NCBI GenBank assembly: GCA_022763185.1
Contig: JALEGL010000012.1
Span: forward strand, 65,546-129,545
Source: a bacterium
Lineage (GTDB): Bacteria > Bdellovibrionota_G > JALEGL01
Length of the DNA stretch: 64,000 bases
Direction: 5' to 3'
Shown: positions 37,367-46,058 of the stretch, one piece after another
Layout of the letters: each line of letters opens with the position of its first letter
How positions within the stretch are numbered: the first letter of the stretch is position 1
Translations under genes and position numbers: made by a program
The notes under the pieces: model-generated
What the model was told of the DNA's origin: nothing
What the model saw: only the letters and a program-made list of their open reading frames with translations
The model's database searches: none

Positions 37367-38182
37367 ATGTTAAATTTTATAGCACAGCTAAAGGAGAGCA
37401 CAATGATAAACAAGCAAACAATGATAGCAAGAATTTTTGCCTGTATAATTTTATTAACAGGCTTTACATTATTTACACCTGACTATGCCTTAGCCCAATG
37501 GGGTGGACCAGGTTGTGATGTTTCAGATCCCGATGCAGATAATGATGGTGATGGCATGACCAATGGCGAAGAAGTAGCCAATGGAACCGACCCGTGCGAT
37601 GCTGATTCTGATGGTGATGGCATGGATGATCAAGAAGAAGATGCACAGTTAACCAATCCACTTGTAGCTGATACAGATGCAGATGGTTTATTAGATGGTG
37701 TTGAGTTTAGCCAAACTGGAACAGACCCTACTAAAGCCGACACGGATGAAGATGGTTTATTGGATGGACCAGAATTAAATATGGGTTTAGATGCATTCAA
37801 CCCTGATATGGATTTTGATGGTTTATTGGATGGTCATGAAGTGCATATTGGCTCAAATCCACTTTCAGCACATTCTGATGAAGATAATGTTTCAGACTTT
37901 GATGAAGTAATGTTAGGAACAGATCCAACTGTGACTGAGTCTGCGGCAACATTTCAAGCAGCATGTACAGCTAAAGGTTCAGAAAATACTTTAGTGATTT
38001 GTAATGCTTATACTTCTGATGATTCAGGACCAAGCTTTAATAAAGACACAAGTGTTGAAGGTACACAGGTTCAAGGGTGTGCAAGTGCAGGCGCTAACAA
38101 CAGTGGTATGCCAAGTTACTTCATTCTCTTTGCCTTAGTTATTTTGGCCAATGTAAGCTTAAGAAAAAGGCAAAACGCTTAA
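37367..38182 (+). CDS. Secreted acidic protein with multiple thrombospondin-type-3 Ca-binding repeats and a Cys-containing C-terminal hydrophobic tail
   Basis: Signal peptide. Repeated 'DxDxDGxxDxxE' units ('DADNDGDGMTNGEE', 'DADSDGDGMDDQEE', 'DTDADGLLDGVE'...). Ends 'GCASAGANNSGMPSYFILFALVILANVSLRKRQNA'. Confidence 0.65.
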   Translation: MLNFIAQLKESTMINKQTMIARIFACIILLTGFTLFTPDYALAQWGGPGCDVSDPDADNDGDGMTNGEEVANGTDPCDADSDGDGMDDQEEDAQLTNPLVADTDADGLLDGVEFSQTGTDPTKADTDEDGLLDGPELNMGLDAFNPDMDFDGLLDGHEVHIGSNPLSAHSDEDNVSDFDEVMLGTDPTVTESAATFQAACTAKGSENTLVICNAYTSDDSGPSFNKDTSVEGTQVQGCASAGANNSGMPSYFILFALVILANVSLRKRQNA

Positions 38183-38211
38183 ACAGTTTAGCAAAACAGC
38201 TATAAAATGAT

Positions 38212-38243
38212 CTAAAAACCCGGCTAGCACGCCGGGTTTTTTT
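38212..38243 (+). terminator. Rho-independent terminator
   Basis: AAAAACCCGGC-tagcac-GCCGGGTTTTTTT. Confidence 0.8.
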
Positions 38244-38334
38244 ATAGGTCTAAAAAATATTATGTGTTATGGCTTCTGGCTCTTGATAAAATCATTAACG
38301 AATTACTAAAAAGATATATCTAAAACGTAAAAAT

Positions 38335-39000
38335 ATGTTGGATAAAACCTATATCACTGTATTTGATTTCAAAATTTTTGAGCCGGTTACCGCATTAACC
38401 GATATAGTGGTTGCTATTGTTTGTTTTTGGGCGTGTTATCAACTACATAAGTTATCTTTAAAAAAATCATCGCATCAATCATTTAAAGTTTATTTCTTGC
38501 TTATGGCTTTTGCTACGCTATATGCAGGTATCTTTGGACACGCGCTCTTCCCTTATTTGAGTATGAACTGGAAGATTCCTGGGTGGATTTTAGCAATGTT
38601 GTCGCTAACATTTTTAGAGCGTGCTTCTATCCTGCAAACTAGAGGTTTTGTTAACCATCGCTTCTTACTGTTATTGACATACCTTAATATTATTGAGTTT
38701 ATTGTTTTCTTTGTATTGGTGCTATGGACGCAAGAATTTAAATTTATTGAAATTCATTCAGGCTATGCTTTCTTATGCGTTGTTTTACCGCTGAATATAT
38801 ATTTTTATTTGCGCACCAAACACGACGCCTGTAAATATTTTTTTTATGGCATTGGATTTTCAGGTTTAGCGGTGTTAACATTCAACTTGGTCATTGGTTT
38901 TCACGCTTGGTTCAACCATATAGATCTTAGTCATTGCCTTCTAGCTATTGCGGCATACTTTTTTTATTTGGGTGCAAAAAGAGTCAATAAAGAAGCTTAA
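38335..39000 (+). CDS. Hypothetical polytopic membrane protein
   Basis: 221 aa. About 6-7 hydrophobic segments. No recognisable motif. Confidence 0.45.
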   Translation: MLDKTYITVFDFKIFEPVTALTDIVVAIVCFWACYQLHKLSLKKSSHQSFKVYFLLMAFATLYAGIFGHALFPYLSMNWKIPGWILAMLSLTFLERASILQTRGFVNHRFLLLLTYLNIIEFIVFFVLVLWTQEFKFIEIHSGYAFLCVVLPLNIYFYLRTKHDACKYFFYGIGFSGLAVLTFNLVIGFHAWFNHIDLSHCLLAIAAYFFYLGAKRVNKEA

Positions 39001-39006
39001 GCAAAC

Positions 39007-42000
39007 TTAGCGACTGCAAGAGGCGTAGCTGTATTTTCTACAAAGCTTTCTTACATGTGATGCAGCAGATCGATTGCTGGCATCGTATTTTAGGGCTTGA
39101 CGATAGTTTTTATAGGCATCATCATCGCGGTTCAAGTTTTCTAAGGTTCTTCCCATGAGGTCAAAGGTTGTGGAGTTTCTGGCATCGATTTCTTTGGCTC
39201 TAGATAAAGTAAGCAGAGCAGAGTAGTTCCAGCGGTTATCCAAATACATTTTTGCATTTTTGTGAAGGGTTTGAATATCTTTTGGATTTTTCATCAGTGT
39301 TTTAACATTGTTTTGTAACTGATCTTTAAAGTTTCGCATAGAGCTTCTGAGTTGTTGTCCTTGTTTAGGAAGAAGCTTCTTTTTTGAACATTCCAAGGCT
39401 TCATGCGTGAAAAGCTTGATTTGCTCTGCTTTTTGATGACAAGCTTGATAAAGGCCTAAAGCACTTTGTTGAACTTCATTGATTTTGTTGCGCATGATGT
39501 TTCTATACTGCGCTTTTTGTGCGCCACTTAAGCCAGCAGGAATTTTTGTTTGACTTAAAAATTTTGAAAAATCTTTATACAAATGTCCTGATTGGGCCAG
39601 TGCTGCAATAGAGGCGGTACTTTCACCCGACTGCGCAATTTGCGTGTACTTCTGCGACAAAAGCTCTAAAAGTTGGGTTTTTTGAGCAATAAGTTGTTCT
39701 TCTGAACCACCGCTGCGCATGGTAATAGCATTGTATTTTTTAAAAATGGGCTGAGTTTCTAAAAGTGTGATTTGCGATAAGACAAAGGCTCTATCACTGC
39801 CGGCATTAGCAATATACTGTTTGGCTTTTTTTGCATAAGCAAAGCCTGAGCTGAATTGTTTGCGTTTAAAAGAACTTTTTGCCAGGTAATAGTAAGCTTT
39901 TGCACTGTTTCTCTGAACTTGCAACCATCGTTTGGCTTGTTTATCCAAGAATGACCATTTTTCATATTCATCAAAGGTTTCTGCCGCTGTTTGCATGATG
40001 CTGATTTGTTGATTTTTACTCTTTGCTAACTTTAAAGCCAGGTTAAAGTTTTGATAAGCCTTAAGGTGATTGTTCAACGCGGATCTTATTTTAGCTGAGT
40101 TAAGTAATAGATCAACGGAGGCTTCTTTACTTTTAAAATTACGCGCATAGATTTCTGATGCTTTGGCCCCTAGATCAAATAAACCAACATTAAACATGGT
40201 TTGGCTCATGTTGGGTAAGATGTCTTCTAAATATTTTGATTTTGGATAATCCTGCATCAACATTTCTGCAGCCGCCATCATTTGATCAGGCTGTTTGGTT
40301 TTTTTAGCCGATACATAAGCATTGTAAACCGCTTTTTCACCCGCTTCTGTACCTTTGTATTTTGCAGACAACTTAAAAAAACCGGCGGCTAAGTTTTGAT
40401 TGCTTGAACCAGGACTGGCTGCGTAACGTTCTTCTAAGCGTTTGAACTCTGCTCTAGAAACCATATCTCTTATTTCTGCAACAATACGTCGATTAAAACG
40501 ACGACTTTGAATCAATTGATTTCCCGCTTTTACCATGCCGTCTTTATCATCTTTTAAATGGTAAGATTCCAATATCAAAGTAATGGCATCAACGGTTTTA
40601 GAAGTATTGGGGTATTGAAAAACAAACTTCCAAAAGTAATCAATGGTTTTATCCCAGTCATTTTGATCAAAATAAACCTTGCCCATGGCATAACGTATAT
40701 CAAGCGCCTTTTTTGACCTTGGATTGAGACGCAAATAGGCTTCACTGGATCTTAAAAACCCAGATCGCGCTTGAACCAACTCTAGCTTGCTCAAGTCATC
40801 TTTTATTTTTAAAGCTTCTAAATATGATACCACTGAAGAATGGTAAAGGTCTGCTTGTTCTCTTGGCCTGCGGGCACGCTTGGCTAACTCTCTGTATTCT
40901 TCTGCAGCTTTTAAATATTGTTTGGCTTCATACAGCGCCTCAGCAGAGTTGTATTTCATTTTTAAAGCACTGGGATGACGTCCAAAGGCCATTAAATAAT
41001 ATTTATAGGTATTGGCAGCTTTTAAGGTTATGTCAGGATCATTTTGTTTCCTGGCATAGGCATGCAAGCGGGTGGCCGCATCTCGCAAGTATTTTTCCAG
41101 ATTTTTAGCGACTTCAAGCCTATCACTCTTTTCTTGGCGCCAAGAATAAAAGTAACGTCGTAAGCTATCCACTAAGATTTTTGCATCTTCATCGATAGGG
41201 CCCGTGTAGCCATATTTTCTTAAATTACCAAAAAGGCGTTGTATGTAATCAATTTTGGTTTCTAAATCATAGCTGCGTCTAATCAACTCTCTGTAAATGG
41301 GAATCGCTTTTTTATTTTGTTTTTGAATATAATAACGGTTGGCCAATTTATCTAAAACAGTAATATAAGTATGGTTAGAGTCGGAAAGCTCTTTGTACCA
41401 AGCAATGGTGGTTTCTGGTAAATCTTTTTTACGGACTTTTGTGTAACACAAGACACTATCTACCAAAGCTTCTCGCTGTATGTTGCCAGTAGCCGATATT
41501 TTTTTAAGTTCTTCATCTTCTTCTTTGGCATTGCGGGCGACGGTTTCAAAAAGTTTTAAGGCTTTATCACAATTTTCCTGATTGACTTCACTCCAAGCCA
41601 ACTTATAACGAGCTACATTGTGCATAGGGCCTTCTGGCATATCCAGAATTTGAATGTAAAAGTCTGTCGCAGCAGCAAAGTCGCGTTCATCAAAAGCTTT
41701 GTTGCCCAGAATAATTAAAGCATCATCTTTAAATTCACTGTTGGGGTGCTGGGCAACCAGTTTTTTATATTGATCCATGGCGGCATCTGTAGCATCAACT
41801 TGCTGCATTTCTTGCGCCATAAAAAACATGATTTTATCAACATTAAAATTGTTGGGAAACTCTTCAATAATTTTTTGATAAACGCCAATGGCCAACTCTT
41901 TTTGAGCTATAGATTGCTCAACATCTTTAAAAGACTTGATGCTGTCAGGTGATTTTTCCCTGGCTATAAAATAATGATAACGCGATTTTTCTATGTGCAA

Positions 42001-42243
42001 TTCCGCTTGCTGCATCAGTAAATCAGGTCTATTGGTTTTTTCATCAATGGTTTTTAAGCGGTTTTTAACCGCTTCAAGCGCTTTATCTACTTTCTTTAAA
42101 TTGTCATTAAGGTCTTTAATGAAGGTCTTTGAATCTTTTTTTTCTGGGAATTCGAAACCATAAGCTGTTGTCATCACTGAAAATGTAAACAGCACTATAC
42201 AACACATTAAATTTTGTATGGCATGGCGTAGATTTACTTGCAT
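39007..42243 (-). CDS. Large secreted TPR-repeat protein (GltD/AgmU-like by size and repeat content)
   Basis: 1078 aa. N-terminal signal peptide. Long arrays of TPR-like helical repeats (recurrent A/Y/L/K periodicity, e.g. 'YYLAKSSFKRKQFSSGFAYAKKA'). Confidence 0.6.
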   Translation of the reverse strand: MQVNLRHAIQNLMCCIVLFTFSVMTTAYGFEFPEKKDSKTFIKDLNDNLKKVDKALEAVKNRLKTIDEKTNRPDLLMQQAELHIEKSRYHYFIAREKSPDSIKSFKDVEQSIAQKELAIGVYQKIIEEFPNNFNVDKIMFFMAQEMQQVDATDAAMDQYKKLVAQHPNSEFKDDALIILGNKAFDERDFAAATDFYIQILDMPEGPMHNVARYKLAWSEVNQENCDKALKLFETVARNAKEEDEELKKISATGNIQREALVDSVLCYTKVRKKDLPETTIAWYKELSDSNHTYITVLDKLANRYYIQKQNKKAIPIYRELIRRSYDLETKIDYIQRLFGNLRKYGYTGPIDEDAKILVDSLRRYFYSWRQEKSDRLEVAKNLEKYLRDAATRLHAYARKQNDPDITLKAANTYKYYLMAFGRHPSALKMKYNSAEALYEAKQYLKAAEEYRELAKRARRPREQADLYHSSVVSYLEALKIKDDLSKLELVQARSGFLRSSEAYLRLNPRSKKALDIRYAMGKVYFDQNDWDKTIDYFWKFVFQYPNTSKTVDAITLILESYHLKDDKDGMVKAGNQLIQSRRFNRRIVAEIRDMVSRAEFKRLEERYAASPGSSNQNLAAGFFKLSAKYKGTEAGEKAVYNAYVSAKKTKQPDQMMAAAEMLMQDYPKSKYLEDILPNMSQTMFNVGLFDLGAKASEIYARNFKSKEASVDLLLNSAKIRSALNNHLKAYQNFNLALKLAKSKNQQISIMQTAAETFDEYEKWSFLDKQAKRWLQVQRNSAKAYYYLAKSSFKRKQFSSGFAYAKKAKQYIANAGSDRAFVLSQITLLETQPIFKKYNAITMRSGGSEEQLIAQKTQLLELLSQKYTQIAQSGESTASIAALAQSGHLYKDFSKFLSQTKIPAGLSGAQKAQYRNIMRNKINEVQQSALGLYQACHQKAEQIKLFTHEALECSKKKLLPKQGQQLRSSMRNFKDQLQNNVKTLMKNPKDIQTLHKNAKMYLDNRWNYSALLTLSRAKEIDARNSTTFDLMGRTLENLNRDDDAYKNYRQALKYDASNRSAASHVRKLCRKYSYASCSR

Positions 42244-43706
42244 AAGCTCTCCATTTTAACCAAATACAAATCCAGTTCATCAATCCAGTATTCTTGATCA
42301 AATTTCCAATGGATGGGGTCTGAGTTGATCACTTTTGCTTTTTTATGCTCAACAGGTTCTTTGGTATCTGAGAACTGTCCACGCTTAAACTCATCCATAC
42401 GGGTTTCATACTCTAGGATATTCATTTGTTCATTAAAATGAATAATCTCTGCAGATACATCCTTTAATGCATCTTCTTGTACAGTTAGTGTTTCAGCTTT
42501 GAGTTCTTTTTCTTTTAAAGAATAAATCATGGATAAATGAGTCGCCAGACCATATTCTTTCCACTGTTCATCTTTAACGGCCAAGAGCCTTTCTTTTTCA
42601 AAGCTTATGAGTTTTTGTTGTTGCCAAATATTTTCAATCAAAGGGTGATATTTGGCAGCATCAACAATCGCATTAATTTTATTTAAAGAATCGCCATTTT
42701 TTATTTTTTCAATGGTTTTTGAGTATTGGTCTCTATAAAGATCAATGATTTTTCTTGTGTCACCGTAACGACATAAATTACGCAAAACAATACCATACAA
42801 TAAATACTTTTCAGGTTGATTGATATCACTAAAGTGCGGTGCTTTTAAGGCATGCAGTGATCCCAATGACTTTTGGTAATCATAAAGCCAAAAATGATTC
42901 CAGGCTTTTTCCAGAAAAACATCACTTTGGGTTAAGATATTGCTATCAACGGCATTGTAAAATTTTAGGCTGTTTTCATACTCTTGTTGCTCAAACAAGA
43001 GTCTAGCTAAGGTTTTTCTAATTAAATTTTTTAATCGTGTTTTTTCAGGGACTTTTTCCAACAAAGTCACCAGTTGATCAATGGTCTCTTGAGATATTTT
43101 TTCTTCTTCAGACTCAGATAATTCACGAATAATCTTACTGTATTCTACTTTTTGGTAGGGTAGACCACCTTCTTTAAGATAATTGAACTTGTCATCTCCC
43201 CATTGGGTATCAGCTTTAATATAGTCGTCTTTTCCTTGATAAAACTTAATTTGCTCATCAAGAGCTTCAGAAAATTGTGCAAACTCACTGCTGGCCAATA
43301 ATTCTTGTTCAATCAAGTGAGCATCATAGGGAAGCTTTTCCATTAGATTAAAAATAGACTTTAAACTCTCTCCTATAAACTCTTTATTGGCACCATGCCG
43401 AATAACTTCAACATAATATTCCAAGGCCACAGTATACAGTTTTAATTTTTCCAAGGATTTTGCAAAAATAAATTCAGCACCAACATAGTTTTCGGCCGTG
43501 TTTTGGTTATTCTGAATAAACAACCAAGCATAGGCACTTGATTTTAAGTATTTTTTCTTATCAAAATATTTTCTAGCGTTATTGTAATCTCCTTGTGGGG
43601 TGGGAGATTGACGGATTTTTTTGCTACAACCGTTAATAAAAAACAAGCCAAAAGAAAAAAAGAATATCAAACAAGGACGATACAATTTTACTTGTATAGA
43701 ATTCAT
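42234..43706 (-). CDS. TPR-like lipoprotein (GltE/AglT-like by size and architecture)
   Basis: 490 aa. Lipobox 'FFINGCSKK'. Helical repeat-rich. The start overlaps the upstream TPR gene stop. Confidence 0.5.
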   Translation of the reverse strand: MNSIQVKLYRPCLIFFFSFGLFFINGCSKKIRQSPTPQGDYNNARKYFDKKKYLKSSAYAWLFIQNNQNTAENYVGAEFIFAKSLEKLKLYTVALEYYVEVIRHGANKEFIGESLKSIFNLMEKLPYDAHLIEQELLASSEFAQFSEALDEQIKFYQGKDDYIKADTQWGDDKFNYLKEGGLPYQKVEYSKIIRELSESEEEKISQETIDQLVTLLEKVPEKTRLKNLIRKTLARLLFEQQEYENSLKFYNAVDSNILTQSDVFLEKAWNHFWLYDYQKSLGSLHALKAPHFSDINQPEKYLLYGIVLRNLCRYGDTRKIIDLYRDQYSKTIEKIKNGDSLNKINAIVDAAKYHPLIENIWQQQKLISFEKERLLAVKDEQWKEYGLATHLSMIYSLKEKELKAETLTVQEDALKDVSAEIIHFNEQMNILEYETRMDEFKRGQFSDTKEPVEHKKAKVINSDPIHWKFDQEYWIDELDLYLVKMESLCK

Positions 43707-44357
43707 TTATTTTTTTTGTCCATTCCCGCCGCGATTAAAGCTTAAACCTACAACAATACTGGGCTCATTTTTTGGGTTTAAATCATCAAAAATAAAGTAA
43801 TTGCGAAGTTCAGTCTTAATAGAGAGTTTTTGGTTTAAGTACAGCCTTAAACCAAAACCAAGGTCAGCCGTTGGTTTGAAACCACTATCAAAATTAAAAA
43901 AACCGCCCCCTAAAAGGACATAGCTTTCACCATGCATAATTTTTCTATTGAAAAACAGCATTTTTCTATAAACGGGCTTAAAAATAATATTACTGGTGAT
44001 GACATAGTTTTTAGAGTCTCTATCAGTGGCTTCCAAGCCAAAAAGCAATTGTAAGTCATTTTGTAGACCGGTATTTTGGTTGGCAATCCAGGTAAACTGA
44101 GGCAGCTCAAGAGCAAAAGCATCATTAAAGTGATAAACATAAGAGAAGTTGGCACCAAAGCCTTTTTCAAAGGCATCAATGGGTAGGTATGAAGCCGCAA
44201 AGAAAAATTCATTTTTCATGTGGTATTTTCTGTTTTGGATGGCATAAGTTTCTGGGTCAAGAAAACTTTGTGCAAAAGAGTGTTGAATGCCAAAAAAACA
44301 AACCGAGCAAAAGAATAAAATAAACTGAGGCTTTAAATTTTTCATTGATACTTCCAT
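43707..44357 (-). CDS. Outer-membrane beta-barrel protein
   Basis: 216 aa. Signal peptide '...FFGIQHSFAQS'. Alternating aromatic and Gly strands ('FGANFSYVYHF', 'LSIKTELRNYFIF'). The stop abuts the next gene. Confidence 0.5.
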   Translation of the reverse strand: MEVSMKNLKPQFILFFCSVCFFGIQHSFAQSFLDPETYAIQNRKYHMKNEFFFAASYLPIDAFEKGFGANFSYVYHFNDAFALELPQFTWIANQNTGLQNDLQLLFGLEATDRDSKNYVITSNIIFKPVYRKMLFFNRKIMHGESYVLLGGGFFNFDSGFKPTADLGFGLRLYLNQKLSIKTELRNYFIFDDLNPKNEPSIVVGLSFNRGGNGQKK

Positions 44358-44422
44358 TTTATAACACTTTTTCCAAAATGCACACTTTGAGCTGATATTT
44401 TAAGGAAAGATTTAGCATTGGA

Positions 44423-44902
44423 TTAAAAAGGTGCTCCTGATTGAATCCATGCCAAAATTGTTTGGTAAGCACTATTGCTGGTGCCGCCGGTAAAAGCTTG
44501 GATATGAGGAGATTGACCATTTGGATAGGTCAAAAGTAAGCTGCTGCTAGGTGAGCTAGGATCAACTCTTAAACCTTGCCCAACATCTAAAAATAAAGAG
44601 TCATAAATGGTGACCAGTGTTTCACCATTGCCTTCTTGTAAAATGAGACCATTAACATCAAGCGGTGTGTTATTGTAGTGGCAGTTGGTACAGCGTTGAC
44701 CAATGCTTGAGTCTGAAAAAATGGGATAGATATCATTTTGAAAGGAGAGGTTTGATCCTTCCTCTGGATAATTTTGAGGGTCCAGTTGACTAACATCAAC
44801 AACGGAACAAAACTGTAAAAGAGTCACGCAGATTAATACACTGAGCAATATAAAATTATTAGTTTTTAGTGTGTTATGATTTTTCATTGTTGTAGACTCC
44901 AT
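44423..44902 (-). CDS. Small secreted protein with PSCyt1-like CxxCH motif
   Basis: 'SFQNDIYPIFSDSSIGQRCTNCHYNN'. Collinear paralogue of 25727..26134, sharing a 'LTYPNxxS' block. Confidence 0.55.
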   Translation of the reverse strand: MESTTMKNHNTLKTNNFILLSVLICVTLLQFCSVVDVSQLDPQNYPEEGSNLSFQNDIYPIFSDSSIGQRCTNCHYNNTPLDVNGLILQEGNGETLVTIYDSLFLDVGQGLRVDPSSPSSSLLLTYPNGQSPHIQAFTGGTSNSAYQTILAWIQSGAPF

Positions 44903-44923
44903 TTTCCTTATTTTAATTATACA

Positions 44924-46036
44924 TCAAAATGATAACTGGTACTCCAAAGAAGCAATGTGTTGTAAATATTCAAAAGAACTGTTTGTATAGTCTTCATCAG
45001 CAAGACTAAATGTATTGCTATTACTATAATGTTTGTAATCAATTGAATAGTTCAGTCTTAGTTTATGCTGGCGATGAAGTACGTAATCATAATAAATTTG
45101 CCCCAATAAACCTAACTTTAAATTTGTATCATTAAGAACCGTATTGCTACCGGTATCGGTATAGTTGCCTAAAAAAGCATATTGGAGGTTGATTGTTAAT
45201 GGATGGTTGGCAATTTTTTTAAGCATTGAAAAGCCCAGAGTAAACTGCTTGCTTGAAAAACTGTTAAAAACATTTTGTGAAACTTGATTGATATCTTCAA
45301 TATCATCGCTTTTAAAGCGTTGTATTTGATAGCCTAGATTAAGACCCCAGTTTAAGTTTTGAGAAGATTGATTCATATAATGTAAAGAAGGGTGAATGTG
45401 CAGCATACTTTGATTAAGGTTTTGTTGCAAAAATGTGTTTCCAGCAGCATCATTGAGGTTTACATTGGGTTTAAATACGTGATAGCTGCTATTGATGTTT
45501 AGAAAATATTGTTTTTTAGCTTGAGGAGACTTGGACAGTTTGTACTTTAAGGAAAGATTAACACCAGGCCCACCTGTCCAATAACTGTAAAAGGGCGTGT
45601 TGTTTTCTGAACGTATCAAGTAGTTTATTGCAGAGTAGCTAGGGCCAGCTGTAAAAAACAACTGTGGTGATTGTTGCAAAGTCCTGCTTCTATTACGATG
45701 GGGTCTTTTTACTTTTCTAACAGGTGGATAAGGAGTTTTTTTTCTAGGTTTTTGTCTATAAGAGGGAGCAGGCGCTTTTTTAAGAGGTATAAACGCTTGT
45801 TTCGCAATCCAGCCTTCAATATTCCTATTGCTGCGTTTTGAAAAAATTTTAACTTTATAAAATGCTCCAGTGGAGCCTTTGATACTGGCTTTTTGATTGC
45901 GGTATACGCGGTCAATTTTCTGTGAATCTTTATAAGGGTAACGATAAATATAAGTATTGCGCTGAACCGTTGCTGCCCACAAGCTAAAACTAAAGCTCAG
46001 GTTAAGAAAAATCACAATTAGAAGTGTTTTTTTCAC
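44924..46036 (-). CDS. Outer-membrane protein: SH3b-like domain, Pro/Lys-rich linker, beta-barrel
   Basis: SH3b-like 'YIYRYPYKDSQKIDRVYRNQKASIKGSTGAFYKVKIF...EGWIAKQAF'. 'PAPSYRQKPRKKTPYPPVRKVKRP' linker. C-terminal '...EYQLSF'. A GTG start at 46036 (VKKTLLIVIFLNLSFSFSLWAA as signal peptide) is proposed, because the ATG at 46153 would overlap the upstream gene by 95 nt. Confidence 0.5.
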   Translation of the reverse strand: MKKTLLIVIFLNLSFSFSLWAATVQRNTYIYRYPYKDSQKIDRVYRNQKASIKGSTGAFYKVKIFSKRSNRNIEGWIAKQAFIPLKKAPAPSYRQKPRKKTPYPPVRKVKRPHRNRSRTLQQSPQLFFTAGPSYSAINYLIRSENNTPFYSYWTGGPGVNLSLKYKLSKSPQAKKQYFLNINSSYHVFKPNVNLNDAAGNTFLQQNLNQSMLHIHPSLHYMNQSSQNLNWGLNLGYQIQRFKSDDIEDINQVSQNVFNSFSSKQFTLGFSMLKKIANHPLTINLQYAFLGNYTDTGSNTVLNDTNLKLGLLGQIYYDYVLHRQHKLRLNYSIDYKHYSNSNTFSLADEDYTNSSFEYLQHIASLEYQLSF

Positions 46037-46058
46037 AATACTTTTAAACGGTCTCCAA

